This document shows positions 1 to 7,675 of a DNA stretch of 64,000 nt, piece after piece. Source of the stretch: Collinsella sp. (lineage in GTDB: Bacteria; Actinomycetota; Coriobacteriia; Coriobacteriales; Coriobacteriaceae); the NCBI GenBank assembly GCA_019419555.1, contig DXZR01000003.1:3851-67850 (forward strand). The letters are read 5' to 3'. Numbering within the stretch: position 1 is the first letter of the stretch; every line of letters starts with the position of its first letter. Made by a program: the position numbers and the translations under genes. The notes under the pieces were generated by a model. That model searched no databases and had not been told where the DNA came from. It was given only the letters and a program-made list of their open reading frames with translations.

Positions 1-393
1 AAGGCGCTGTCCGACCGCGTCGCCGACCCGGGGGATAAGCTCACCCAGATCACCGTCGTTGACGACCAACTGGGCCGCCTGACCTTCACGCGCGACATGG
101 CCGCGGCCATCTTCCACGTGCTGGAGAACAAGGCCCCCTACGGCACCTACGGCTGCACCGGCTCCGGCGCCGTGAGGAGCTGGGCCGATATCGCCCGCGC
201 CGTCTTCGAGGCCGCCAACGGCAACGGCGAGAAGGTCTTGCCGGTTTCGACCGCCGACTACTACGCGAACGCCGCGGGCCCCATCGCCCCGCGCCCGGTC
301 CACTCCGCGCTCGACCTGTCCAGGCTCGAGTCGGTCGGGTTCCACATGCCCGACTGGGAGGAAGAGCTGGGGGAGTACCTCAAGACGCTCTAG
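1..393 (+). CDS. rfbD: dTDP-4-dehydrorhamnose reductase (RmlD), C-terminal part; 5' end lies outside the window
   Basis: Frame 1 is open from base 1 (..ITVVDDQLGRLTFTRDMAAAIFHVLENKAPYGTYGCTGSG..RPVHSALDLSRLESVGF..), the conserved RmlD C-terminus; stop at 391-393. Confidence 0.85.
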   Translation, partial: KALSDRVADPGDKLTQITVVDDQLGRLTFTRDMAAAIFHVLENKAPYGTYGCTGSGAVRSWADIARAVFEAANGNGEKVLPVSTADYYANAAGPIAPRPVHSALDLSRLESVGFHMPDWEEELGEYLKTL

Positions 394-415
394 CCGCTAT
401 TAACTTTTCGAGAGC

Positions 416-446
416 AAAAGCCGCCGCTTGTTAACGGCGGCTTTTC
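416..446. terminator. bidirectional intrinsic terminator between convergent rfbD and glycosyltransferase genes
   Basis: AAAAGCCGCCG-cttgttaa-CGGCGGCTTTTC: GC stem flanked by an A-run and a T-run. Confidence 0.7.
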
Positions 447-495
447 TTGTTGGTGGCTATCTACGCAGTGGTGCCAATAGTTTTTTGCGGAAGAT

Positions 496-1467
496 CTACC
501 TCTCGCTTGGCGTGGTGGCGGACCTGCCAGGCTGGTCGTCGTAGGCGTATTTGCTGTACACGTTGACCTCCCACTGCTTTTTTTCGACCTTTGCCACGGA
601 ATCGAGGATGAATCCGGTTGCAAGGCTCAGGCCGCACAGGAACATAAACGACGCGGCGAGCATGGCGGTGGGGAAGCGCGGGACGAGGCCGGTCTGGAAA
701 TATTCGACAACGATGGGCATGCCCAGGGCGAGGCCGAATACCGCGAACAGAAGCGCAACGAGGCTGAAGAACTTCAGCGGGCGGCAGTCCTTGAACAGCG
801 TGCCGATCATCGCAACGACTTTAATGCCGTCGCTCACGGTATTGAGCTTGGACTCGGAACCTTCCGGACGGTCGCGGTACTCGATGGGCACATCTTTGAT
901 GCGCCAGCGGTGGTCGACGGCGTGGATCGAGAGCTCGGTTTCGATCTGGAAGCCCTCGGAAAGCACAGGGAAGGTTTTAACGAACGGGCGGCTCATGGCA
1001 CGGTAGCCGGTCATGACGTCATCGAAGCTGTAGCCATAGATCCACTTGATCATGGCGCGGACCAGATTGTTGCCAAAGCCGTGGAAGGCACGCTTGTTCT
1101 CCTCGGCATAGGTGCCGTTGGAAAGGCGGTCGCCTACGGTCATATCGGCCGTGCCGTTGAGGATAGGCTCGCAGAGGGCTTTGGCCGCCTCGGCGGGGTA
1201 GGTGTCGTCTCCGTCGACCATCAGGTAGCAATCGGCGTCGATGTCGCGAAACATCTGGCGGCACACGTTGCCCTTTCCCTGACGGGGCTCAAAGCGCACC
1301 GTGGCTCCGTGTTCGGTGGCGATGCGTGAGGTATCGTCCGACGAGTTGTTGTCATAGACATAGACCGTAGCCTGCGGAAGCTCGCGGTGAAAGTCGTCGA
1401 CGACCTTACCGATTGTGAGCGCTTCGTTGTAGCAGGGGATGATGACGGCGATGGATTCAGAATTCAC
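496..1467 (-). CDS. family 2 glycosyltransferase, GtrB/Dpm1-like (polyprenyl-phosphate sugar transferase type)
   Basis: IAVIIPCYNE, YDNNSSDDT, MVDGDDTY (DxD) GT-A fold followed by two C-terminal TM helices; GTG start preceded by AAGGAG. Confidence 0.85.
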   Translation of the reverse strand: MNSESIAVIIPCYNEALTIGKVVDDFHRELPQATVYVYDNNSSDDTSRIATEHGATVRFEPRQGKGNVCRQMFRDIDADCYLMVDGDDTYPAEAAKALCEPILNGTADMTVGDRLSNGTYAEENKRAFHGFGNNLVRAMIKWIYGYSFDDVMTGYRAMSRPFVKTFPVLSEGFQIETELSIHAVDHRWRIKDVPIEYRDRPEGSESKLNTVSDGIKVVAMIGTLFKDCRPLKFFSLVALLFAVFGLALGMPIVVEYFQTGLVPRFPTAMLAASFMFLCGLSLATGFILDSVAKVEKKQWEVNVYSKYAYDDQPGRSATTPSER

Positions 1468-1627
1468 TCAATGCTCCTTACACATTCAATCCTTGAAAGT
1501 ATAGCCGTTTGGACTTGTCATCCTTAGATGTGGGTTAGTTCTCCAGTTTTGTTGCGCGAATCGTTTGCAGGGCCGTCGGGTCTATACTGTTCGTTTGTCA
1601 ACGATTACGAGTAAAGGAGTTGCATCC

Positions 1628-2473
1628 GTGTCGGATCAGACAAAGCAACAAGAAACTCGCAGTCTGCCTGCGACGTTTGCTAAGAACGAATTTGAGAAGG
1701 ACGCGTTTATCCTTCGTCAGCTGGTTACCAAGGATTTTAAGATCAAGTATCGCCGTAGCGTTCTGGGCGTCGCATGGTCGGTGCTCAATCCGTTGCTGAT
1801 GATGATTGTCATGGCCATCGTGTTCTCGACGATTTTTGCCCAGGGCCGCAATGGCTCGATTACGCCCGAGATGTACCCGCTGTATTTGATCGTGGGTAAC
1901 GTCACCTTTGCCGTCATGTCCGAGTCTACGAACCAGGCTCTGACGTCGATCGTGGGTGCTGCCCCGCTGCTCAAGAAGGTTAAGGTGCACCGCTGGGTCT
2001 TCCCGGTGCAGAAGGTGCTCTTCTCGCTGGTTAACTTTGCCTTCTCTCTGGTCGCCGTAGCTATTGTTATGCTGTGGTTCCGTGTTATGCCTTCTTGGCA
2101 CCTTATTCTGCTGCCTGTCTGCCTACTGCTGCTTATGTGCTTCTGCATGGGCCTGGGCATGATGCTCTCCGCCCTCACGGTCTTCTTCCGCGATGTCATG
2201 CATCTGTGGAGCGTCGTCATTACGGCGTGGACTTACATCACGCCTATTTTCTGGACGACCGACTTCGTTGCGCAAATGCCGCATCTCGTGCGCATTCTGG
2301 TCTATGCGAACCCCATGTATAACTACCTGCAGTTTATGCGCGATATCTTCCTGTTCCAGACTACGCCCTCGCTTATGACGTTTGGTATGTGCGTTGCTTG
2401 GGCGGTTCTTGCGCTTGTTATTGGCTACACCGTGTTCCATAAGTCCGAGCGCAAGTTCATCCTCTACATCTAA
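1628..2473 (+). CDS. ABC-2 type polysaccharide/teichoic-acid export permease (TagG/Wzm-like)
   Basis: Six predicted TM helices and a KIKYRRSVLGVAWSVLNPLL ABC-2 signature. Start moved to GTG 1628 (AAGGAG 9 nt upstream); the ORF is open from 1565. Confidence 0.85.
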   Translation: MSDQTKQQETRSLPATFAKNEFEKDAFILRQLVTKDFKIKYRRSVLGVAWSVLNPLLMMIVMAIVFSTIFAQGRNGSITPEMYPLYLIVGNVTFAVMSESTNQALTSIVGAAPLLKKVKVHRWVFPVQKVLFSLVNFAFSLVAVAIVMLWFRVMPSWHLILLPVCLLLLMCFCMGLGMMLSALTVFFRDVMHLWSVVITAWTYITPIFWTTDFVAQMPHLVRILVYANPMYNYLQFMRDIFLFQTTPSLMTFGMCVAWAVLALVIGYTVFHKSERKFILYI

Positions 2474-2481
2474 GGAGTGCT

Positions 2482-3252
2482 GTGATGACTGAATCTGTTG
2501 TTGATTACAGCGAGCAGCCTCTGGCTGTCGAGGTCGACGACGTCACCATGATCTTTAACATGGCGTCTGAGTCGCTGACCAACCTCAAGGAGTACTTCAT
2601 TAAGCTTGCCAAGCACGAGCTGTTCTTTGAGGAGTTTCGGGCGCTTAAGCACATCTCGTTCGATATTCATCGCGGCGAAGTTGTGGGTCTGGTCGGCACC
2701 AATGGTTCCGGCAAGTCTACGATGCTCAAGATCATCGCTGGCGTGCTTGAGCCCAGTGAGGGCAGCGTTAAGGTGCACGGTAACATCGCGCCGCTGATTG
2801 AGCTTGGTGCCGGCTTTGACCCCGAGCTGACCGCCCGCGAGAACATCTATCTGAACGGTGCCCTGCTCGGCTACACCAAGGAGTTCATTGACGCCAACTT
2901 TGACGGCATTATCGAGTTCGCTGAGCTGCAGAACTTTGTCGACATGCCGCTTAAGAACTTCTCCTCGGGCATGGTGGCGCGTATTGCCTTTGCAATCGCG
3001 ACGATCACCGAGCCCGATATTCTGATCGTTGACGAGACGCTGTCCGTCGGCGATGTGTTCTTCCAGCAAAAGTGCGAGGCGCGTATTCAGCACTTTATCC
3101 AGAGCGGCGACGTGACGGTTCTGTTCGTTTCGCACTCCATGGAGCAGGTTGAGCGCATCTGCCAGCGCGCCGTTTGGATTGAGAAGGGCGACCTTCGCAT
3201 GGACGGCCCGGTTGATGAGGTCTGCAAGGCGTACCGCGAGCAGTTCAACTAG
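2482..3252 (+). CDS. ABC transporter ATP-binding protein (TagH/Wzt-like) partner of the permease
   Basis: Walker A GTNGSGKST, signature FSSGMVARIAFA, Walker B ILIVDETLSVGD; AAGGAG RBS; follows the permease gene after a 9-nt gap. Confidence 0.9.
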   Translation: MMTESVVDYSEQPLAVEVDDVTMIFNMASESLTNLKEYFIKLAKHELFFEEFRALKHISFDIHRGEVVGLVGTNGSGKSTMLKIIAGVLEPSEGSVKVHGNIAPLIELGAGFDPELTARENIYLNGALLGYTKEFIDANFDGIIEFAELQNFVDMPLKNFSSGMVARIAFAIATITEPDILIVDETLSVGDVFFQQKCEARIQHFIQSGDVTVLFVSHSMEQVERICQRAVWIEKGDLRMDGPVDEVCKAYREQFN

Positions 3253-3306
3253 GTTATAATTACTAGCGCCTGGCACGCGTGCGCGTGCTTGGGCGTGCGG
3301 TTATTT

Positions 3307-3383
3307 GCTCCATTAGCTCAGTTGGATAGAGCAGGGGACTTCTAATCCCAAGGTCGACGGTTCGAATCCGCCATGGAGCACCA
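3307..3383 (+). tRNA. tRNA-Arg (anticodon TCT)
   Basis: Cloverleaf readable by eye: acceptor GCTCCAT/ATGGAGC, D-arm GCTC..GAGC, anticodon loop CTTCTAA, T-loop TTCGAAT, encoded CCA. Confidence 0.85.
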
Positions 3384-3392
3384 TCGTTTATT

Positions 3393-3426
3393 AAGCCCAG
3401 ACCGCTTGGTGGTCTGGGCTTTTTTC
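3393..3426. terminator. bidirectional terminator after tRNA-Arg(TCT) and convergent aroQ
   Basis: AGCCCAGACC-gcttgg-GGTCTGGGCT followed by TTTTTT. Confidence 0.8.
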
Positions 3427-3487
3427 ATCTTGTGTGTTGCTGGAGCCGAGCGCGAGCAAGCCGCTGCTGTTTGTTGGGGTTGGCATT

Positions 3488-3925
3488 TTACTTTTCGAGA
3501 TGCTCTTTCAGCAGCTCCAACGCGTGGGCGTAGCCCTTCAGGCCCTCTCCGGTGATGGTGGCGAAGCAGGCCAGACGGGCGTAGCTCACCTGGCGGAAGT
3601 CTTCGCGGGTCTCGACTGCGCTAATGTGGACCTCCACAGCCGGGATGGCGACGGCTTTGAGCGCGTCCAGGATGGCCACGCTTGTGTGCGTGTAGGCGGC
3701 CGGGTTGATGACGATGCCGTCGACCTTTCCGTAAGCCTCCTGGATCTTGTCGACGATGCTGCCCTCGTGGTTAGACTGGAAGACCTCGACCTCGTCGAAG
3801 CCCTGTGCGGCACCCGCTTCCTGGCAGATCTGCACTAAGCGGTCGTAGTTGTCGCTGCCATAGATGCCCGGCTCGCGAATGCCGAGCATGTTGAGGTTGG
3901 GACCGTTGATGACGAGTGCTTTCAT
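3488..3925 (-). CDS. aroQ: 3-dehydroquinate dehydratase, type II
   Basis: MKALVINGPNLNMLGIREPGIYG..FQSNHEGSIVDKIQ..INPAAYTHTSVAILDA, the canonical type II DHQase. Start moved to ATG 3925 (AAGGAAG RBS); the track ORF extends spuriously to 4141. Confidence 0.95.
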   Translation of the reverse strand: MKALVINGPNLNMLGIREPGIYGSDNYDRLVQICQEAGAAQGFDEVEVFQSNHEGSIVDKIQEAYGKVDGIVINPAAYTHTSVAILDALKAVAIPAVEVHISAVETREDFRQVSYARLACFATITGEGLKGYAHALELLKEHLEK

Positions 3926-3967
3926 GGTTGCTTCCTTTGCGGTTGGGCGGGCGGTGCGGTGGAGCGG

Positions 3968-4008
3968 AAAACCACCACAAAGGCGCCTGTCCCCTTTGTG
4001 GTGGTTTT
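3968..4008 (-). terminator. strong hairpin (attenuator or partial terminator) between aroE/K and aroQ
   Basis: AAAACCACCACAAAGG-9 nt loop-CCTTTGTGGTGGTTTT, perfect 16-bp palindrome arms with A4/T4 flanks, in an 85-nt intra-operon gap. Confidence 0.55.
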
Positions 4009-4010
4009 GG

Positions 4011-5261
4011 TTAGAGAGCGGGTGGGAGGGTGTCGAGGAGGGCTTGGGCGGTGTTGGCGGCGCAGTCGCGTGAGTCGATGATGTAGTCGGCCCAGGAGCG
4101 GTAGCGCGGCATGCGCTGCTCGGCGAGCTTGTCGATGCCATCGCGCGCCGTGATGGGGCGGCCCTTGTGGGCGAGCTCGTCGAGCTTGCGGTTGAGCATC
4201 ACGATCTGGCTATTCTGGTGCAGCAGCGGGTAGTTCTCGTCGCGCGTGACCACGCCGCCGCCGGTGGAAAGCACCAGGCCGCTGCGCTTGGAGATGTCGG
4301 CCAGCGCCGCCGTCTCCTGTTCGCGGAACGCCGCCTCGCCGCGCTCGACGATAAAGTCGGCGCAGGGCATGCCCAGGCGCTCCTCGAGGGCGCGATCCAG
4401 ATCGATGTGCTCTCGCCCCGTGAGCAGGGCAATCTGCTCGCCCACACGGGTCTTGCCCGAGCCCGGCATGCCGATCAGCGCGATGTTCTGTTCGCGGCGT
4501 GACAGGCGCTCCGTTACGTCCAGAATGCGCTCGCGCGGAGTGACCTGGCCGGTGTAGCGCTCAACGGCTTGCGCCGCCTGGGCCACGAGCATGAGCAGAC
4601 CGCCGATGCAGGGGATGTCGCGGCGCTCGGCCTCGAGCATGAGTCCCGTGCGGGCGGGGTTGTAGACAATGTCGATAACGCCCTCGAGCGCATCGAGCCC
4701 TTCGAGCGTGCATGGCGCGTCGGGGCAATGGGGGAACATTCCGGCGGGTGTGCAATTGACGAGCAGGGCGGCGTCGGACTGCTGCGCGATGTTGTCGTAG
4801 CTGACTTCGCTCGTACGGCCGACCGGCACGACGATGGCGCCCAGGTCTCCCAGCACCATACTTGCCGTGGTGCCGGCGCCGCCGGTGGCTCCGAGCACGA
4901 GGACCTTCTTGCCGGCAACCTCTACGCCCAACTCCTCGACCAGACACTGAAAACCAAAGTAGTCGGTGTTGTCGCCGCGCAAACAACCGTCAGGCAGGCG
5001 TGTGATGGTGTTGACGTTGCCCATTCGCTCGGCGAGCGGACTCAGCTCGTCCAGGTATTCCATGACGGCGCGCTTGTAGGGGATGGTCACGTTGGTGCCC
5101 TCCCATTCGTCACCCGTCATAAAAGCCTGGAGGTCCTCGGGCTCGCGCTCAAATCGTACGTACTCGAGCCCCGCGAGCTCCTTGTAGATGGTCGGGGTGT
5201 AGCTGTGGCCCAGCACGCGGCCCAGCACGCCGTAGGGGCGGGTTGCGGCGACATCGGTCAT
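4011..5261 (-). CDS. aroE: bifunctional shikimate dehydrogenase / shikimate kinase fusion (AroE-AroK)
   Basis: N-terminal 270 aa AroE-like (GVLGRVLGHSYTPTIYKE, NVTIPYK, GNVNTI, GATGGAG). C-terminal 150 aa AroK-like (IALIGMPGSGKTRVG P-loop, STGGGVV). Confidence 0.9.
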   Translation of the reverse strand: MTDVAATRPYGVLGRVLGHSYTPTIYKELAGLEYVRFEREPEDLQAFMTGDEWEGTNVTIPYKRAVMEYLDELSPLAERMGNVNTITRLPDGCLRGDNTDYFGFQCLVEELGVEVAGKKVLVLGATGGAGTTASMVLGDLGAIVVPVGRTSEVSYDNIAQQSDAALLVNCTPAGMFPHCPDAPCTLEGLDALEGVIDIVYNPARTGLMLEAERRDIPCIGGLLMLVAQAAQAVERYTGQVTPRERILDVTERLSRREQNIALIGMPGSGKTRVGEQIALLTGREHIDLDRALEERLGMPCADFIVERGEAAFREQETAALADISKRSGLVLSTGGGVVTRDENYPLLHQNSQIVMLNRKLDELAHKGRPITARDGIDKLAEQRMPRYRSWADYIIDSRDCAANTAQALLDTLPPAL

Positions 5262-6407
5262 CTAGAGCACCTCCGTGTAACTGCCAAAGTAGGTGAAGCT
5301 CTCGCACACGTCGTCGATGGAATCGAGCAGGTCATCGAGGGCCTTGCTGCCAAAGGGGCAGTCCAGGTCAAAGTAGAACATAAACTCAAAGTCGTGCCCG
5401 GGGATGGGGCGGCTCTCGAGCTTGATGAGGTTGATATTGAGCGCGTAGAAGCGCTCGAGTACGCGATAGAGTGCGCCCGGCTCGTTGGCCGTGGTAATCA
5501 TGAGCGAGGTGCGGTTGGCGCCGGGGTAGACGCGTGGCTCGCGGCTGATGGCGACAAAGCGCGTGTAGTTGTTGTCCGAGTCCTGGATGTTGGGCTCCAG
5601 CACCTCCAGGCCGTAGAGTGTCGCGCAGCTGCGCGATGCGATGGCGGCAACATCGGTGCGCTCGGAGCTGGCGACCATCTCGGCCGACATGGCCGTGTTG
5701 GGGTATTTGGTGGCGTGCAGGTCGTGGGCTTCGATAAAGCCGGCGCACTGGGCGATAGCCTGGCCGTGGCTATAGACCTCGTGCACGTCGGCGAGCTTGG
5801 TGCCGGGTTTGACGAGCAGATTGTGGTCGATCTTGAGACGCAGCGAGCGCACGATATGGAAATCGAACTGGGCGAGCAGGTCGTAGACGGCGTTAACCGA
5901 GCCGGCGGTGGAGTTCTCGATGGGCAGCACGCCAAACTCGCAGAAGCCGTCGCGCACGGCGCGCATGACGCCCTCGAAGGTCTCGAAGAACGCGATGTCG
6001 GGCACGTCGAAGAGTTTGCACGCGGCGATCTGGCTATAGGCACCTTCCACGCCCTGGCAGGCAACGGTAGCCGTTTGAGGGAAGGCCGTGTCGGAGGCTG
6101 CAGCCGTGGCGTGGGCCTTTTGCGAGACGGTGATGCCCTTGAGCTCGTTGATGTAGCGCTGCTGCTCGGCCTTGCTCATGCTCATGAGGAGACGGAACAG
6201 GGTGATGGTCTGCGCCTCGTAGCGCTCGGGCGCGCGGCTGGCGAGGTTGTTGAGCTTGGAGCGCTCACGGGCGGGGTCGAAGACGGCCTTGCCCATCTCG
6301 ATTTTTGACTTGGCGACCTCGGTGGCAATGTCCATGCGCTCGACAAAGCTGTTGAGGAGCGTGGTGTCGATGCCATCGATGGTCTGGCGAATATCGGCAA
6401 GGTCCAT
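5262..6407 (-). CDS. pheA: bifunctional chorismate mutase / prephenate dehydratase (P-protein)
   Basis: AroQ-class CM domain (IRQTIDGIDTTLLNSFVERM), PDT domain (VACQGVEGAYS..PIENSTAGSV), C-terminal ACT domain (ESRPIPG). Start moved to MDLADIR at 6407 (track ORF extends to 6608 through the repeat). Confidence 0.92.
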   Translation of the reverse strand: MDLADIRQTIDGIDTTLLNSFVERMDIATEVAKSKIEMGKAVFDPARERSKLNNLASRAPERYEAQTITLFRLLMSMSKAEQQRYINELKGITVSQKAHATAAASDTAFPQTATVACQGVEGAYSQIAACKLFDVPDIAFFETFEGVMRAVRDGFCEFGVLPIENSTAGSVNAVYDLLAQFDFHIVRSLRLKIDHNLLVKPGTKLADVHEVYSHGQAIAQCAGFIEAHDLHATKYPNTAMSAEMVASSERTDVAAIASRSCATLYGLEVLEPNIQDSDNNYTRFVAISREPRVYPGANRTSLMITTANEPGALYRVLERFYALNINLIKLESRPIPGHDFEFMFYFDLDCPFGSKALDDLLDSIDDVCESFTYFGSYTEVL

Positions 6408-6434
6408 AGGGACCCCTTTCGTGAATGGTTGCCT

Positions 6435-6562
6435 GGGGTAGTTAATTTGGGACGGGGCTTTTTTAGCTACCCTTTGACTGTCGGCGAATCGATGGGTGCC
6501 GGGGCAAATATGAACCGGTATATGGGGGTAGCTAAAATAGCCCCGTCCCAAATTAACTACCC
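6435..6562. repeat. composite REP-like palindromic element (two inverted 37-nt units plus a roughly 50-nt spacer), copy A
   Basis: GGGTAGTTAATTTGGGACGGGGCTTTTTTAGCTACCC ... GGGGTAGCTAAAATAGCCCCGTCCCAAATTAACTACC; homologous to 33177-33301. Coordinates +/-2 nt. Confidence 0.9.
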
Positions 6563-6576
6563 TTGGGGTGGGTGGA

Positions 6577-7674
6577 CTAAAGCTGGCCTGCGTCCTCGAG
6601 GAGGGCATCCCAGATGGCCAGCGCTGCGGCTGCTTCAGCTACGGGGACAGCTCGGGGGACGATACAGGGATCGTGACGGCCGTGGACCGAGAGCCCGGCA
6701 TTTTCCATAGCGTCCATGTCCACCGTCTGCTGCTCGCGGCCAATGGAGGGCGTCGGCTTTACGGCCATGCGCCACATGACGGGCGCGCCGGTCGAAATAC
6801 CGCCCAGGATGCCGCCGGCGTTGTTGGACTCGACCTTGATCTCGCCGGTCTCGGCATCGATGCGATACGGATCATTGTTCTCGCTGCCGCGCATGGCGGC
6901 CACGGCAAAGCCCATGCCAAACTCCACGCCCTTTACGGCGGGAATGCCAAACGCGATTTGCGCGATGCGGTTCTCGATGCCGTCAAACATGGGGTCGCCG
7001 ATGCCCGCGGGAAGCCCATAAATGCCGCACTCCACGATGCCGCCGATGCTGTCGAGTTCGTCGCGTGCGGCTAGGATCTCCTCGCGCATGCGGCCGGCTG
7101 CGGCGGCGTCAATGCAAGGAAGATCGTTCGTAAGGATCGCCTTGCGGTCGGCCTCGCGATAGACCATGTCGTCCATCGGCAGGTCGGAGATGCCGCCGAT
7201 CTGCGCGACGTGCGCCATCACGTTAATGCCGCGGGCCTCGAGTGCCTGCAGCGCAATGCCGCCGGCAATGCACAGGGGTGCCGTTAGGCGGCCAGAGAAA
7301 TGCCCACCGCCGGCGACCTCGTGCATGTTGTGATACTTCACGCGCGCCGGAAAATCCGCGTGTCCGGGGCGGGGCTTGCGGCGCAGCTCGGAATAGTCCT
7401 TTGAGCGCGTGTTGGTGTTCTCGATAATCGCGGCGATGGGCGCGCCGGTGGTATGTCCATCGACCACACCGGCGATGATGTGGGCGGCGTCGGCCTCGCG
7501 GCGTTTGGTCGCGGTCTCGTCGCGACCGGGGGCACGACGGTCAAGGAAGGCCTGCAGCCGCTCCTGGTCAACAGCGATGCCCGCCGGGATGCCATCGAGG
7601 GAGCAGCCGATGGCGGGGGAGTGCGACTGGCCGAAGATGCTTAAGTGCAAGACGTTGCCAAAGGTCGAGGACAT
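6577..7674 (-). CDS. aroC: chorismate synthase
   Basis: FGNVLHLSIFGQSHSPAIGCSLDGIPAG, RPGHADF, GGGHFSGRLTA motifs. Confidence 0.95.
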   Translation of the reverse strand: MSSTFGNVLHLSIFGQSHSPAIGCSLDGIPAGIAVDQERLQAFLDRRAPGRDETATKRREADAAHIIAGVVDGHTTGAPIAAIIENTNTRSKDYSELRRKPRPGHADFPARVKYHNMHEVAGGGHFSGRLTAPLCIAGGIALQALEARGINVMAHVAQIGGISDLPMDDMVYREADRKAILTNDLPCIDAAAAGRMREEILAARDELDSIGGIVECGIYGLPAGIGDPMFDGIENRIAQIAFGIPAVKGVEFGMGFAVAAMRGSENNDPYRIDAETGEIKVESNNAGGILGGISTGAPVMWRMAVKPTPSIGREQQTVDMDAMENAGLSVHGRHDPCIVPRAVPVAEAAAALAIWDALLEDAGQL

Positions 7675-7675
7675 G

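Noticed and set aside
3926-4141. Long N-terminal extensions of track ORFs (aroQ to 4141, pheA to 6608, aroA to 9076, aroF to 12120, comM from 46177, dprA from 47739, yraN from 45758, ispG from 58541)
   Set aside because: The extensions overlap upstream genes or repeats, are Pro/Arg/Ser-rich, and homologous proteins begin at the internal Met/Val, which has a proper RBS. Starts were moved accordingly.
6429-6710. ORFs 6429-6710 and 31901-32326 share a peptide NLGRGFFSY, suggesting a repeated small protein
   Set aside because: The shared peptide is just the translation of the REP-like unit (AATTTGGGACGGGGCTTTTTTAGCTAC). The ORFs otherwise run into neighbouring genes or their antisense and have no start context.
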